A stretch of DNA of 64,000 nucleotides. Source: Microbacterium sp. (GTDB lineage Bacteria; Actinomycetota; Actinomycetes; Actinomycetales; Microbacteriaceae). Below are positions 25,213 through 38,111 of this stretch, in pieces. The stretch lies in assembly GCF_048259935.1 (NCBI RefSeq), contig NZ_JBLXHF010000008.1:25631-89630 (forward strand), read 5' to 3'. The position numbers were made by a program, and so were the translations under genes. Numbering within the stretch: position 1 is the stretch's first letter; every line of letters begins with the position of its first letter. The notes under the pieces were generated by a model. That model did not search any database, had not been told where the DNA came from, and worked only from the letters and a program-made list of their open reading frames with translations.

Positions 25213-26145
25213 GTGGCCGAGCGCAAGAAAAAACCGACCGCATCCGAAGTCACATCGACAGCGGAACGCACGTGGACCCCGACTGCGGAGGCCAAGCAGA
25301 AGGCCACGATGTTCCGCTGGATCGCCATGGTGCTCTGGATCGTCGCGATCGCAGCCGAGGCCGTAGCCATCTTCTGGTTGCTTCGTCAGCGCGAATACGT
25401 AGGCGAGGACGGCGTCCTCGTCCGCAACGCCGAAACGGGCCTGCTCGAGGAACAGGGCGTTTCCGCTCAATTCCCGCAGTGGGCGTTCATCACCCTGATC
25501 GTGATGCTGGTCGTGATCGCTGCGCTGTCGATCACCGGTTCTTTCCTCTGGAAGAAGGCGAACAAGCTCGACCCGGCGAAGAAGTCAGACACGGTGAGGT
25601 TTTTCGTCCAGAATCAGCTGGGTGCGATCATCGCCGTGATCGCTTTCCTGCCGCTGGTCATCCTGATCTTCCTCAACAAGGACATGGACAAGGGTCAGAA
25701 GACGACGGCCGGCATCGTGGGTGTCGTTCTCGCCGTCGCTGCTGTCGCACTCGGCATCGACTACAACCCGTCATCCGTCGAGCAGTACACCGCCGACCAG
25801 TCGACGGTCATCCAGCTACTTGGACAGGACGAGGTCGTCTGGGTGGATGGCGGATCCGTGTACCACGTGTGCGACGAGGTCTCAGATATCCAGACCGGCA
25901 GCGAGAAGCGCACCGGCACGACGGCCCAGGCCGTCGAAGCCGGAAAGATCCGTCTGACACTGAAGTTCGCCTCCGAGCTGCGCACGTGCGGCCTCGCGGT
26001 GCCGGAGAATGCTGACGAGATCGCTGACGCACTCCGCGCGATCCAGGGTGGAGCGGTAGACACCATGCTCCCCGCTCCGGTCTGGGCGGACCCTGCGGAT
26101 GCCCCGATCGAGATTCAGGATGCGTCGGCCAGCGAGAGCGAATAG
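25213..26145 (+). CDS. Membrane protein (about 310 aa; basic N-terminus, 4 TM, soluble C-terminal domain), unknown function
   Basis: ORF 25174..26145. I prefer GTG at 25213 (AAGGGAG upstream), giving VAERKKKPTAS.... Confidence 0.6.
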   Translation: MAERKKKPTASEVTSTAERTWTPTAEAKQKATMFRWIAMVLWIVAIAAEAVAIFWLLRQREYVGEDGVLVRNAETGLLEEQGVSAQFPQWAFITLIVMLVVIAALSITGSFLWKKANKLDPAKKSDTVRFFVQNQLGAIIAVIAFLPLVILIFLNKDMDKGQKTTAGIVGVVLAVAAVALGIDYNPSSVEQYTADQSTVIQLLGQDEVVWVDGGSVYHVCDEVSDIQTGSEKRTGTTAQAVEAGKIRLTLKFASELRTCGLAVPENADEIADALRAIQGGAVDTMLPAPVWADPADAPIEIQDASASESE

Positions 26146-26200
26146 CTCGTCTCCACAACCCGCGGTGCTCCCTCAGTCGAGCGGCATCCTGCCGAACAAC

Positions 26201-26234
26201 GAGTAAGGGCGCCCCGCGAGGGGCGCCCTTACTC
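26201..26234. terminator. Strong GC hairpin between convergent genes (membrane protein and ilvC)
   Basis: gagtaagggcgcccc-gcga-ggggcgcccttactc, a perfect 15-bp stem. Confidence 0.6.
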
Positions 26235-26247
26235 GTGAAGCGGTGGA

Positions 26248-27848
<1,601 letters not shown>

Positions 27849-27851
27849 GGT

Positions 27852-29654
27852 TCAGATCTCCTCATCGAACGCGGGGGCATGATCGCGTGCGTACTGAATG
27901 TAGTTGTTACTCAGACCCTGCTGGACCATCGGCCACACCATCGCATCGGCCGAGACGACGAAGTCGATCACGACAGGGCGATCATTGGTCTCAAGGGCCA
28001 ATTTGATCGCGGCGTCGACGTCTTCTTCCTTCTCGACTCGGATCGCAAGGCAGCCGTATGCGTCGGCGAGCTTGACGAAGTCCGGGATCCGAACGGAGTT
28101 GTGTCCGGTGTTCAGGTCGGTGTTGGAGTACCGACTTCCATAGATGAGGGTCTGCCACTGGCGGACCATCCCCAGGGAGGAGTTGTTGATGATCGCAACT
28201 TTGATCGGGATGTTGTTGATCGCGCAGGTGGCGAGCTCCTGATTGGTCATCTGGAAGCAGCCGTCACCATCGATAGACCACACGACGCGATCGGGCTCTG
28301 CGACCTTGGCGCCCATGGCTGCAGGCACCGAATAGCCCATCGTCCCGGCGCCACCGGAGTTCAACCAGGCGTTGGGGCGCTCGTACTTGATGAACTGTGC
28401 GGCCCACATCTGGTGCTGTCCGACTCCGGCGGCGTAGATGCCCTCCGGTCCGGTCAGCTCTCCGATGCGCTGGATCACGTACTGCGGCGCGAGCAGACCG
28501 TCGCTGGGTTCCGAGTACCCGAGTGGGAACTCGTCGCGAAGTCCGTCGAGGTAGGACCACCAGTCCGAGATGTCGGGCTTGGTGGTGCCGACGGTTCCGC
28601 GGAACGCGGCATCCAGATCGGTGAGGACGTCGCGGACGTCGCCCACGATCGGCACATCGGCGTTGCGGATCTTGGAGATCTCGGCCGGGTCGATGTCGAC
28701 GTGCACGACCTTGGCGTGCGGCGCGAACAGAGCGACCTTTCCGGTCACTCGGTCGTCGAAGCGCGCACCGAGCGAGACGATGAGGTCGGATTCCTGAAGC
28801 GCGAGCACCGCGGGAACCGTGCCGTGCATGCCGGGCATACCGAGGTGCTGCTCGTGGGAGTCGGGGAATGCACCCCGCGCCATCAGCGTGGTCACGACGG
28901 GAGCGCCTGTGGACTCGGCGAGTTCCTTCAGCTCAGCTGCCGCCCGCCCGCGAATGACGCCACCACCGACGTAGAGCACCGGCTTCTTCGCCTCGGCGAG
29001 AAGTGTGGCAGCGGCCTGGATCTGCTTGCCGTGCGCCTTCGTCACCGGACGGTAGCCCGGCAGATCAACCTTCGGCGGCCAGATGAACGGAGCGGTCTCC
29101 TGCTGTGCGTCCTTCGTGATGTCTACGAGCACGGGCCCAGGACGCCCAGTCGAGGCGATCTCGTACGCCGCAGCGATCGCACCGGGGATATCCGCTGCGT
29201 CCTTGACGAGGAACGAGTGCTTTGTGATGGGCATCGTGATACCGACGATGTCCGCCTCCTGGAAGGCGTCCGTGCCCATCAGACTCGAGAAAACCTGTCC
29301 GGTGATCGCAAGCAGCGGCACGGAGTCCATGTATGCGTCGGCGATCGCGGTGACCAGGTTGGTCGCGCCAGGCCCTGAGGTCGCAATGCACACACCCACC
29401 TTGCCCGATGCCGAGGCGTAGCCTTCTGCCGCGTGTCCTGCGCCCTGCTCATGACGCACGAGGATGTGACGCAGGTCTTTGGCGTCCATCAGCGGGTCGT
29501 AGACCGGGAGAATCGCACCTCCAGGGAGGCCGAACACGTCGGTCACTCCAAGGAGTTCCAGCGAACGGACGACAGCTTCTGCGCCGGTGAGCTCTGGGGC
29601 GGATGCCTTCGGGGACGGTGGCCGTGGAACGGCCGAAACAGAGTCAGCAGTCAT
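27852..29654 (-). CDS. ilvB: Acetolactate synthase large subunit
   Basis: 600 aa. It shows ThDP enzyme motifs (GLPGGAILP..., [17 protein letters not shown]...DGDGCFQM). Confidence 0.95.
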   Translation of the reverse strand: MTADSVSAVPRPPSPKASAPELTGAEAVVRSLELLGVTDVFGLPGGAILPVYDPLMDAKDLRHILVRHEQGAGHAAEGYASASGKVGVCIATSGPGATNLVTAIADAYMDSVPLLAITGQVFSSLMGTDAFQEADIVGITMPITKHSFLVKDAADIPGAIAAAYEIASTGRPGPVLVDITKDAQQETAPFIWPPKVDLPGYRPVTKAHGKQIQAAATLLAEAKKPVLYVGGGVIRGRAAAELKELAESTGAPVVTTLMARGAFPDSHEQHLGMPGMHGTVPAVLALQESDLIVSLGARFDDRVTGKVALFAPHAKVVHVDIDPAEISKIRNADVPIVGDVRDVLTDLDAAFRGTVGTTKPDISDWWSYLDGLRDEFPLGYSEPSDGLLAPQYVIQRIGELTGPEGIYAAGVGQHQMWAAQFIKYERPNAWLNSGGAGTMGYSVPAAMGAKVAEPDRVVWSIDGDGCFQMTNQELATCAINNIPIKVAIINNSSLGMVRQWQTLIYGSRYSNTDLNTGHNSVRIPDFVKLADAYGCLAIRVEKEEDVDAAIKLALETNDRPVVIDFVVSADAMVWPMVQQGLSNNYIQYARDHAPAFDEEI

Positions 29655-29723
29655 GTCTTTCCTTGGTGATCTCAGATGTCGTCAGCGCTCGAGCCTGCAA
29701 GCAGTCGCGAGTCTGTCTCAGTG

Positions 29724-31442
29724 TCAGCCGGTCGTCGCGCCCTGCGCAGCCGAGCGCACGAGCTTCGAGTACTTGGCCAGAACGCCACGGGTATAGCGCG
29801 GGGGAAGCGGCTCCCAGCCAGAGCGGCGGGATGCGAGCTCTGCCTCATCGACGAGTAAGTCAAGAGTGCGAGCTGCGATATCGACCCGTATCAGATCACC
29901 ATCGCGCACGAAGGCGATGGGACCTGCGTCCACCGCTTCGGGTGCTATGTGGCCGATGCACAGGCCGGTTGTGCCGCCTGAGAATCGTCCGTCAGTCAAG
30001 AGTAGTACATCTTTTCCGAGGCCCGCGCCCTTGATGGCCGCGGTGATCGCGAGCATCTCGCGCATGCCGGGTCCGCCCTTCGGACCCTCATAGCGGATGA
30101 CGATGACCTCTCCGGCGTTGATCTCGCCGTTCGCGACGGCATCCATCGCGGCCCGCTCGCGTTCGAAGACGCGCGCCGGGCCCTCGAACACAGTGGCGTC
30201 GAAGCCGGCCGTCTTCACGACCGCGCCTTCCGGTGCGAGAGATCCGTGCAGGATCGTCAGGCCGCCAGTGGCGTGGATCGGGTTATCGAAGGTGTGGATG
30301 ACCTCGCCGTCGATCGGCTGCGGGTCGAGGTCTGCGAGGTTCTCGGCCAGCGTCTTGCCGGTCACGGTGAGTGCGTCACCGTGCAGGAAGCCCTCGTCGA
30401 GCATGGCCTTCATGATGACGGGGATGCCGCCGTGACGGTCGACGTCATTCATGACGTACTGACCGAACGGTTTCATGTCGGCGACGTGCGGAACCTTGTC
30501 ACCGATGCGGTTGAAGTCGTGCAGGTTCAGCTCGACGTCCGCCTCGCGGGCGATCGCGAGCAGGTGCAGCACGACGTTGGTCGATCCCCCGAGCGCCATC
30601 GCAAGGGCGATCGCGTTCTCGAACGCCTCCTTGGTCAGGATGTCGCGGGTGGTGATCCCCTGGCGAAGCAGGTTCACGACCGCCTCACCGGACCGGTGCG
30701 CGAAGTAGTCGCGACGGCGGTCGGCGGCGGGCGGTGCGGCAGAGCCGGGCAGGCTGAGGCCGAGTGCTTCCGCGACCGACGCCATGGTGTTGGCGGTGTA
30801 CATGCCACCGCAAGCGCCCTCACCGGGGGCAATCGCGCACTCGATGCGCTTGAGGTCTTCTTCGCTCATGAGACCCGCACGGCACGCGCCAACGGCCTCG
30901 AAGGAGTCGATGATCGTGACGTCCTTCTCGGTGCCGTCCGAGAGCTTCACCCATCCGGGAGCGATGGAACCGGCGTACAGGAACACGCTGGAGAGGTCGA
31001 GGCGAGCACTGGCCATCAGCATGCCGGGGATCGACTTGTCGCAGCCGGCCAGCAGCACGCTGCCATCGAGGCGCTCAGCCATCATGACGGTCTCGACGGA
31101 GTCGGCGATGACCTCGCGCGACACCAGCGAGAAGTGCATGCCCTCATGGCCCATCGAGATGCCGTCAGACACCGAGATCGTGCCGAACTGCAACGGGTAT
31201 CCGCCACCGGAGTGCACGCCTTCCTTGGCACCCTGCGCAAGGCGATCAAGGCTCAGGTTGCACGGCGTGATCTCGTTCCAGCTCGACGCGATACCGATCT
31301 GGGGCTTGTCCCAGTCCGCGTCGCCCATGCCGACGGCACGGAGCATTCCTCGCGAGGTCGTCGCCTCGATGCCGTCGGTGACGACTCGGCTTCGGGGCTT
31401 GATGTCTGGGGACGCGTGTGAAGAAGGATCTTGCGAGGCCAT
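29724..31442 (-). CDS. ilvD: Dihydroxy-acid dehydratase
   Basis: 572 aa. It contains [12 protein letters not shown]...RGMLRAVGM...WNEITPCN...[11 protein letters not shown]...[12 protein letters not shown]. Confidence 0.95.
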   Translation of the reverse strand: MASQDPSSHASPDIKPRSRVVTDGIEATTSRGMLRAVGMGDADWDKPQIGIASSWNEITPCNLSLDRLAQGAKEGVHSGGGYPLQFGTISVSDGISMGHEGMHFSLVSREVIADSVETVMMAERLDGSVLLAGCDKSIPGMLMASARLDLSSVFLYAGSIAPGWVKLSDGTEKDVTIIDSFEAVGACRAGLMSEEDLKRIECAIAPGEGACGGMYTANTMASVAEALGLSLPGSAAPPAADRRRDYFAHRSGEAVVNLLRQGITTRDILTKEAFENAIALAMALGGSTNVVLHLLAIAREADVELNLHDFNRIGDKVPHVADMKPFGQYVMNDVDRHGGIPVIMKAMLDEGFLHGDALTVTGKTLAENLADLDPQPIDGEVIHTFDNPIHATGGLTILHGSLAPEGAVVKTAGFDATVFEGPARVFERERAAMDAVANGEINAGEVIVIRYEGPKGGPGMREMLAITAAIKGAGLGKDVLLLTDGRFSGGTTGLCIGHIAPEAVDAGPIAFVRDGDLIRVDIAARTLDLLVDEAELASRRSGWEPLPPRYTRGVLAKYSKLVRSAAQGATTG

Positions 31443-31451
31443 GACGGCAGT

Positions 31452-32249
31452 CTATTCCCGTACGGAGGAGCGTTCGGACGCGAGCACCTCCAGAAGAGCC
31501 GCGATGTCTTGTGGAGTGTCCACACGCAGCACAGCGGATGACTCGCCAGCTCCGACACGGACACCGAGATCCTTGGCGCCGAGCACCTGCATGGCATCTT
31601 CGTCGGTGACATCGTCGCCGGCGAACAGGATGCCGGTGGCATCGAAGTGTTCACGAAGGACAGTCATCGCCGCATCCTTGCCCTCCACGCGCGATGAGAA
31701 CTCGAGAACGCGATGCCCCGCCCTACGACGCCAGTGCGGGAACCGCTCGGCCACGAGCGCATCGACTTCGGCGAAAGCCGCAGCCTCCGCTTCGGGCGTC
31801 GCACGGCGGGTATGGATCCCCATGCCGAACGTCTTCGGCTCCAGCTGCGCGCCCTCGTGGCGATCGACGATGGGCTGAGCCGCTGCCCACAGGCTTTCGC
31901 GGGCGCCGTCCTCCACCAGTGCGTCCGCGATGTCGGCCTCTCCGCGGCCAGGGAACCAGTACTGCGCGCCGTGCGATCCCGCCAGAGCGATAGCGGAGTC
32001 ATCGGTGTGCTCGGCGATCACTCGCAGATCATTCATGCTGCGCCCTGAGACGTAGGCGACGAAGGTGTCTGGCAGCGCCGCCAACCGCTCGACCTGGATC
32101 TTCACCTCGGGCAGTGCGCGTGCCGCCATCGGGTCGAGCACGAGCGGAGATGCCGTGCCGTCGAAATCCAAAGCGACGACCAGTCGTTCTGTGCGTGCGA
32201 TCGCGGTCAGAGCCTCGTCAGCAGTTTCACGGTTCCAGGAGCGTGTCAT
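31452..32249 (-). CDS. otsB: Trehalose-6-phosphate phosphatase
   Basis: Met25 of ORF 31452..32321. It has the HAD motif VVALDFDGTASP and ...GKDAAM...FAGDDVTDEDAM. Confidence 0.85.
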   Translation of the reverse strand: MTRSWNRETADEALTAIARTERLVVALDFDGTASPLVLDPMAARALPEVKIQVERLAALPDTFVAYVSGRSMNDLRVIAEHTDDSAIALAGSHGAQYWFPGRGEADIADALVEDGARESLWAAAQPIVDRHEGAQLEPKTFGMGIHTRRATPEAEAAAFAEVDALVAERFPHWRRRAGHRVLEFSSRVEGKDAAMTVLREHFDATGILFAGDDVTDEDAMQVLGAKDLGVRVGAGESSAVLRVDTPQDIAALLEVLASERSSVRE

Positions 32250-32262
32250 TTCATCTCTTCTC

Positions 32263-33675
32263 TCACGCGTGCCGCGCGTGCACTTCGGCGAGGGCCTTGA
32301 TGAATGAGGACGACCACGCATTCACATCGTGCTCGAGCACGCGCTTGCGAAGCGGACGCATACGTCGGCCCTGCTCCCCCGGTGTCATCTCGACGGCCGC
32401 CATGATCGCATCCTTCAGCCCCTCGATGTCATGCGGGTTCACTCGGACTGCCCGGCGCAGCTCGTCTGCTGCCCCCGTGAACTCACTGAGCACCAGAACT
32501 CCGCGGTTATCGGCTCTCGTGGCGATGTACTCCTTGGCGACGAGGTTCATCCCGTCACGCAGCGCCGTGACGAGCATCACATCGGCTGCGAGATAGAGGG
32601 CCACCATCTCTTCGCGGGGGAATCCCTGATGCAGGTACCTGATCGCGCTGTGCCCCATCGTGTCGGTGTCGCCATTGATCCGGCTCACCGCGAGCTCGAT
32701 CTCGTCGCGCAGGTGCACGTAGGCGTCGACGCGCTCACGGCTCGGGCTGGCCACCTGGATGAGCGTCACGTCCTCGACGTGGAGGCGCCCCTCGGCGAGG
32801 AGCTCGCCGTACGCCTTGATGCGATGGCGGATGCCCTTGGTGTAATCGAGCCGGTCGACGCCGAGCAGGATGCGCTTCGGGTTGCCCAGGCTCTCGCGGA
32901 TCTCGGCTGCGCGAGCGCGCACTTCGGGCTTCTCGATGAGCTCGAGATACGGCGAGGTGTCGATCGAGATCGGGAAGGCCTTGGCGAGCACGGGCCGCGA
33001 GCGGCTCTCGCCGGGGACGGTGACGATGGATCCTTTGACCTCGTGCTGCAGCCGCCGCCGCACAGCAGTGAGGAAGTTGACCGCGTCCTGAGCCCGCTGG
33101 AAGCCGATCACGTCGGCGCCGAGCAGGCCGCGCAGCACCTGGTCGCGCCACGGCAGCTGGGCGTACAGGCCGTGTGCGGGGAAGGGGATGTGGTGGAAGT
33201 AGCCGATCGTCACATCGGGTCGCAGTGCGCGCACCATCTCAGGCACGAGCTGGAGCTGATAGTCGTGCACCCAGACCGTGCCGTGCTCTGCCACGACTGC
33301 CGCTGCGGCTTCGGCGAAGCGGCGGTTCACTGTGACGTAGGCATCCCACCACTCGCGGTGGTACTGGGGAGGGGCGATCACATCGTGGTACAGCGGCCAG
33401 ATCGTGTCGTTCGCGAAGCCCTCGTAGTACTCGGCGACTTCCTCTTCGCTGAGCACGATCGGAATGAGCCGGATGCCGTCCTCGACGAACGGCTCGAGCT
33501 CGAGGTCGGCCTGCCCGGCCCACCCCACCCACGCGCCGTCCACGTTCTGCATCACTGGTTCAAGAGCTGCGACCAGGCCTCCCGGGGACGTGCGCCAGAT
33601 CTCTTCGCCGTGCTCCCCGACCACTCTGTCGACCGGAAGCCTGTTTGCGACGACGACGAATTCTGCGGTGTCCAT
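32263..33675 (-). CDS. otsA: Alpha,alpha-trehalose-phosphate synthase (UDP/ADP-forming)
   Basis: 470 aa. It contains FVVVANRLPV...SPGGLVAAL...WVHDYQL...HIPFP...VDRLDYTKGI...DGMNLVAKEY. Confidence 0.9.
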   Translation of the reverse strand: MDTAEFVVVANRLPVDRVVGEHGEEIWRTSPGGLVAALEPVMQNVDGAWVGWAGQADLELEPFVEDGIRLIPIVLSEEEVAEYYEGFANDTIWPLYHDVIAPPQYHREWWDAYVTVNRRFAEAAAAVVAEHGTVWVHDYQLQLVPEMVRALRPDVTIGYFHHIPFPAHGLYAQLPWRDQVLRGLLGADVIGFQRAQDAVNFLTAVRRRLQHEVKGSIVTVPGESRSRPVLAKAFPISIDTSPYLELIEKPEVRARAAEIRESLGNPKRILLGVDRLDYTKGIRHRIKAYGELLAEGRLHVEDVTLIQVASPSRERVDAYVHLRDEIELAVSRINGDTDTMGHSAIRYLHQGFPREEMVALYLAADVMLVTALRDGMNLVAKEYIATRADNRGVLVLSEFTGAADELRRAVRVNPHDIEGLKDAIMAAVEMTPGEQGRRMRPLRKRVLEHDVNAWSSSFIKALAEVHARHA

Positions 33676-33709
33676 GGGAGCTCCTCGCTGCCGGTGATGA
33701 ACCCCCAGG

Positions 33710-34945
33710 CTATCGACTGCGGGCGCGAGTGCGACTAGCGAACCAGTTCAGGACGCCAGCAAGGAGCACGATCGCCGCCGAAGCGATGGGCAGAAGCAGC
33801 GACGCCTGCGTACCGAGGCTCTGCGCGATCTCACCGGTGACAGCGGATCCGATCGACTGCCCGACGATGACGCCTGAGCCGAGCATCGTCATCACTGTCG
33901 CCGATCGACCGAGCGGACTGCGCGCGGCCCCGAAGCTGTACTGCGTCACGAGGGTGGGTCCGATCCCGATGCCCATCGCGGCCAGAGCCCATGCCATCGT
34001 GACCGGTGAGTCGGCGAACGGAAGCAGGAACGACGCTGCCAGAAGGATGCCGGAGAACACCAGCCAACGCGCGCGCAGTGAGAACCGCGGCGGAAGCCAG
34101 GCGACACCGAGCGCGAGGAGTGCCGATCCGACACCCATGACCCCATAGAGGAGGCCTGCTTCTTCCGGCGCACCACGATCAGCCATGAACGCCGTCAACG
34201 ACGTGAGCATCGCGCCGAAGAAGAGACCGACACCGAGGATTCCGATCACAACGATGAGCAGACTCGGCCGAAGCAGTTCTGAGGCCGCGGAGGGCGCACG
34301 ACCGTCGTCGTCGCGGTCGGATGAGACATGGCGGCCGCTCGGATGCAGGGCGAAGGCCCCCACGAAGATGAGCGTGAGCGCTGCAGCACCGATCAGCGGA
34401 GCCCAGGGGGCAATCAGAGAGCCGATGATTCCCACGAGGAACGGACCGAAGACGAATACGGTCTCATCCGCGGCGGACTCGTACGACATCGTGCCGGAGA
34501 GAACGCGACTGCGGCTGTCCTCCGGTATCTGCTCGTTGATGATCGCCACGAGCCGAGAACGCGACATCGGCGCCACCTGAGGGGCGGATGCTCCGATTCC
34601 CACCGCTGTCACCAGCACGAGAGCGTCTGCCGACGGGCTGTAGACCACCAGCGCGAAGACGACCAGCATCACGCTGTTGACGATCGCGAGGATGACGAGC
34701 ACAGGACGTTGACCGAACCGATCTGCGGCAGCCCCGAGGAGCGGACCGAAGCACGCTGTGCCGAGCCCGACGGCAGCGGAGGTCAGTCCGCCGAGCGATA
34801 ACGATCCGCGTGCGGAGACGACGACAGTAAGAACACCGACGACCATCATCGCGAAGGGGAGTCGCGCAACGAAGGCGATCAGAAAGTAAGGGAGGCCGGC
34901 TCGCCGAAGGAGACTCGCCGAAACGGGTGCGTGTGTCTGGATCAT
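33710..34945 (-). CDS. MFS transporter
   Basis: 411 aa, 12 predicted hydrophobic helices, with the AADRFGQRP loop motif. Confidence 0.8.
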   Translation of the reverse strand: MIQTHAPVSASLLRRAGLPYFLIAFVARLPFAMMVVGVLTVVVSARGSLSLGGLTSAAVGLGTACFGPLLGAAADRFGQRPVLVILAIVNSVMLVVFALVVYSPSADALVLVTAVGIGASAPQVAPMSRSRLVAIINEQIPEDSRSRVLSGTMSYESAADETVFVFGPFLVGIIGSLIAPWAPLIGAAALTLIFVGAFALHPSGRHVSSDRDDDGRAPSAASELLRPSLLIVVIGILGVGLFFGAMLTSLTAFMADRGAPEEAGLLYGVMGVGSALLALGVAWLPPRFSLRARWLVFSGILLAASFLLPFADSPVTMAWALAAMGIGIGPTLVTQYSFGAARSPLGRSATVMTMLGSGVIVGQSIGSAVTGEIAQSLGTQASLLLPIASAAIVLLAGVLNWFASRTRARSR

Positions 34946-35086
34946 GACTCTCGCGCGTTCGAAGACGCGGGATCAGGTGTCGCCGCTCTCCGTCAGGATG
35001 CCGACGGCCGGTAGATACACAGCTTCAAGCGCTCACGCGCCGGAGTCATTCTACCCGGGACACCCGAGCGCGGGTAGGTTGGTGCC

Positions 35087-35383
35087 ATGCGCTACCTCTT
35101 CAGCACCGGACTCGTCGCAGCGATCTCCGCAGGAGTTTCACTGCTGCGCGGCACGCGCGATGAACCGATCACCTGGCGCGCTGCGCTCTCATGGGTGAGC
35201 TGGGGCATCACTCTCTCCCTCGCGATCGGCGCTGTCGTCGACATGCGGCGCGAGCGGACCGGGCAGCTCGTCGATGCCGACTCGCCGCAATCGGTCAAGA
35301 AGGCGAAGAAGGCTCAGCGACTTCAGTTCCGGTCGCAGAAGGCGCTCGCCGATGCCCAAGGGCACGCCAAGAGCCGCCGCTGA
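35087..35383 (+). CDS. Small membrane protein (98 aa) with a Lys/Arg-rich tail
   Basis: Two hydrophobic segments, then KKAKKAQRLQFRSQKALADAQGHAKSRR. It is the only sizeable plus ORF in this gap. Confidence 0.45.
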   Translation: MRYLFSTGLVAAISAGVSLLRGTRDEPITWRAALSWVSWGITLSLAIGAVVDMRRERTGQLVDADSPQSVKKAKKAQRLQFRSQKALADAQGHAKSRR

Positions 35384-35391
35384 CCGCAAGC

Positions 35392-36570
35392 TCAGCGGGT
35401 GAGGATGAGCGCCTCGCCCTGACCGCCGCCTCCGCAGAGCCCGACGGCCACGGTTCCGCTCCCCCGCCGTGCGAGTTCGTGCGCCATGTGCACAACGAGC
35501 CGGTTTCCGGAGACCCCGATCGGGTGCCCCATCGCGATGCCGCCACCGTGGATATTCACGATGTCGCTGCAAACACCGAGCTCAGTCTGCGAGCGTGCGA
35601 CGACCGCACCGAAGGCTTCGTTGATCTCGACCAGGTCGAGATCGGCCGCAGTGAGACCCTGCTTGTCGAGTGCTCGTGCAATGGCCTGAGCAGGCTGGGC
35701 CTGCAACGAGTTGTCAGGTCCGGCGGTCTGACCGCTCGCGCCGATCGTGACGAGAACCGGCCACCCCTGCGCCTCGGCGTTCTCTCGGGTCGTGACGACG
35801 ACAGCGGATGCGCCGTCAGAGATTTGTGAAGAGTTGCCCGCAGTGATCGATCCGCCGTCGGCGAAAGCTGCGCGCAGCCTGCTGAGCGTGTCGACAGTCG
35901 TCTCAGGGCGCACGCCCTCGTCTCGGGTGACCACGATCGGCTCACCGCGCCGCTGCGGCACCTCGACGGTGACGATCTCGTCATCGAACACGCCGGCATC
36001 CATCGCTGCGGCCGCACGCTGGTGAGAGAGTGCGGCGACCTCGTCCTGCGCCTCGCGCGTGAGCTCGAAGCGCTCGTTGTGGCGCTCGGTGGAGGCGCCC
36101 ATGCTCTCGTTGTCATAGGCGTCGGTGAGGCCGTCGAAGGCCATGTGGTCAAGCACCTCTACGCTTCCGTAGGTCCAGCCATCGCGCGAGCCCATCAGCA
36201 GGTGCGGGGCACGGGTCATGGATTCCATGCCTGCCGCGACCACCGTCGTGGCATCCCCTGTTCGGATCATGCGTGCCGCATCGATGATTGCGGTGAGGCC
36301 TGACAGGCAGACCTTGTTCACTGAGTGAGCGGGTACGTCCCAGCCAATACCGGCGCCGATCGATGCCTGACGAGCGGCGTTCTGGCCGGAACCGGCCGCG
36401 AGCACCTGCCCGACGATCACCGCATCGATCGCGGATGGGTCGATGGAAGCCTGCGCCAAAGCGCCCTTGATAGCGAAGGACCCGAGCTGCGGAGCGGTGA
36501 ACGAGGCGAGCTGACCTTTCAAGCGGCCCTGCGGTGTGCGCGCGGCCGCAACGATGACGATGTCACTCAT
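35392..36570 (-). CDS. Acetyl-CoA C-acetyltransferase / 3-ketoacyl-CoA thiolase
   Basis: 392 aa. It contains NKVCLSGL (active-site Cys) ...[14 protein letters not shown]...GLCGGGGQG. Confidence 0.9.
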   Translation of the reverse strand: MSDIVIVAAARTPQGRLKGQLASFTAPQLGSFAIKGALAQASIDPSAIDAVIVGQVLAAGSGQNAARQASIGAGIGWDVPAHSVNKVCLSGLTAIIDAARMIRTGDATTVVAAGMESMTRAPHLLMGSRDGWTYGSVEVLDHMAFDGLTDAYDNESMGASTERHNERFELTREAQDEVAALSHQRAAAAMDAGVFDDEIVTVEVPQRRGEPIVVTRDEGVRPETTVDTLSRLRAAFADGGSITAGNSSQISDGASAVVVTTRENAEAQGWPVLVTIGASGQTAGPDNSLQAQPAQAIARALDKQGLTAADLDLVEINEAFGAVVARSQTELGVCSDIVNIHGGGIAMGHPIGVSGNRLVVHMAHELARRGSGTVAVGLCGGGGQGEALILTR

Positions 36571-37220
36571 GAGAGCTCCTTCAGTTCTTCAGACACGGTG
36601 AGCGGCGGCTCTGTCGCGTCGATGACGTCCTGCACGCTCACGCCCGGCGCGGTCTCGACCAGCACCAGGCCGGAATCGGTCACATCGATGACGGCGAGAT
36701 CAGTGATGATGCGGTGCGCGACTCCCCTGCCGGTGAGAGGAAGGGAGCACTCGTTCACGATCTTCGGCGAACCGTCCTTCGCGACGTGCTCCATGAGGAT
36801 GATGAGGCGCCCGGCACCGTGGACGAGGTCCATGGCGCCGCCCGGGCCCTTGACCATCTTTCCCGGGATCATCCAGTTCGCGAGGTCGCCGGTGGCAGAT
36901 ACCTGCATGGCTCCGAGGATCGCCGCGTCGATCTTGCCGCCGCGGATCATGCCGAAGCTCGTGGCCGAGTCGAAGAACGCCGTACCAGGAAGCGTCGTGA
37001 CGGTCTCCTTGCCGGCGTTGATCAGGTCGGGATCAACCGCGTCTTCGGTCGGATAGGGTCCGACGCCGAGGATGCCGTTCTCAGACTGCAGAACCACGGT
37101 GACGCCCTCGGGGACGTAATTGGGAACGAGCGTCGGAAGACCGATGCCGAGGTTGACGTAGGAGCCGTCGGTGAGCTCCGCGGCCGCCCGTGCGGCCATC
37201 TGCTGGCGGGTGAGTGCCAT
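36567..37220 (-). CDS. 3-oxoacid (or 3-oxoadipate) CoA-transferase subunit B
   Basis: The internal start of the artefactually long ORF 36567..38339 gives [30 protein letters not shown]...SENG..., with AAGGAG upstream. It overlaps the thiolase start by 4 nt. Confidence 0.9.
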   Translation of the reverse strand: MALTRQQMAARAAAELTDGSYVNLGIGLPTLVPNYVPEGVTVVLQSENGILGVGPYPTEDAVDPDLINAGKETVTTLPGTAFFDSATSFGMIRGGKIDAAILGAMQVSATGDLANWMIPGKMVKGPGGAMDLVHGAGRLIILMEHVAKDGSPKIVNECSLPLTGRGVAHRIITDLAVIDVTDSGLVLVETAPGVSVQDVIDATEPPLTVSEELKELS

Positions 37221-37222
37221 GA

Positions 37223-37999
37223 TCAGGCTCCTTCGCTCTCGGTGACGGTGCGACGCTCGATGCGCTTCTCGATGTCGGTTCCCACTTCGATGATGCGGTG
37301 CACGAACACGCCGGGCAGGTGCACGCTGTCCGGATCGATCTCGCCGGGTTCGACGAGCTTCTCGACTTGGGCGATGCAGACCCGCCCCGCCATAGCGGCA
37401 AGCGGGTTGAAGTTGCGCGCGGCCTTGTTGAAGACAAGGTTGCCGTGTCGGTCTCCGACCGCGGCGTGCACGAGCGAGTAGTCGGTCGCGATCGCCTCTT
37501 CGAGGACGAAGTCCTTCTCCACGCCGTCGATCTCGAACGACCGCACGTCTTTCACAGGCGATGCCACAGCGATCGAGCCATCCGCGTTGTAGCGGCGCGG
37601 CAGACCGCCCTCGGCGACCTGCGTGCCGACACCCGTCTGGGTGAAGAACGCGGCGATTCCAGAACCGCCGGCACGCAGCTTCTCGGCGAGAGTGCCCTGA
37701 GGCGTCAGCTCCAGCTCGAGTTCGCCCGAGAGGAACTGCCGTTCGAACTCCTTGTTCTCGCCGACGTACGACGAGGTCATCTTGCGGATGCGCTGCGCGT
37801 TGAGCAGGATCCCGAGGCCCCAGTCGTCCACGCCGCAGTTGTTGCTGACGACGCTGAGGTTCGTGGTCCCCTGAGCGAGAAGCGCTTCGATGAGCGCGAT
37901 CGGGTTGCCGGAGAGACCGAACCCTCCGACTGCCAGGGACGCGCCGTCCGGGATATCTGCGACGGCTTCGGCAGCCGAGGCCCATTGCTTGTCGATCAC
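37223..37999 (-). CDS. 3-oxoacid (or 3-oxoadipate) CoA-transferase subunit A
   Basis: 258 aa. It contains ...[16 protein letters not shown]...SNNCG...[11 protein letters not shown].... The start is GTG with AAGGAG upstream. Confidence 0.9.
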   Translation of the reverse strand: MIDKQWASAAEAVADIPDGASLAVGGFGLSGNPIALIEALLAQGTTNLSVVSNNCGVDDWGLGILLNAQRIRKMTSSYVGENKEFERQFLSGELELELTPQGTLAEKLRAGGSGIAAFFTQTGVGTQVAEGGLPRRYNADGSIAVASPVKDVRSFEIDGVEKDFVLEEAIATDYSLVHAAVGDRHGNLVFNKAARNFNPLAAMAGRVCIAQVEKLVEPGEIDPDSVHLPGVFVHRIIEVGTDIEKRIERRTVTESEGA

Positions 38000-38092
38000 G
38001 CAGCACTCCTTCGTGTGAGGTCTTCTTCCAGCATCCGCCTTCGCGTGTTTCGGGTCGAACCCGGTCTTGCGATATGGGCGAATCGCCGACTA

Positions 38093-38111
38093 GTGTCCAC
38101 ATTATGGACAC
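38093..38111. promoter_or_regulatory. Palindrome GTGTCCA-cATTA-TGGACAC overlapping the IclR start codon; candidate IclR-type operator
   Basis: 7-bp perfect arms with a 5-nt spacer, in the divergent region between CoA-transferase subunit A and the IclR gene. Confidence 0.35.

Noticed and set aside
29655-29723. Possible ilvB leader peptide / attenuator
   Set aside because: Only 69 nt separate ilvD and ilvB. There is no short Ile/Leu/Val-rich ORF or alternative hairpin set, only an AAGGAAAG RBS.
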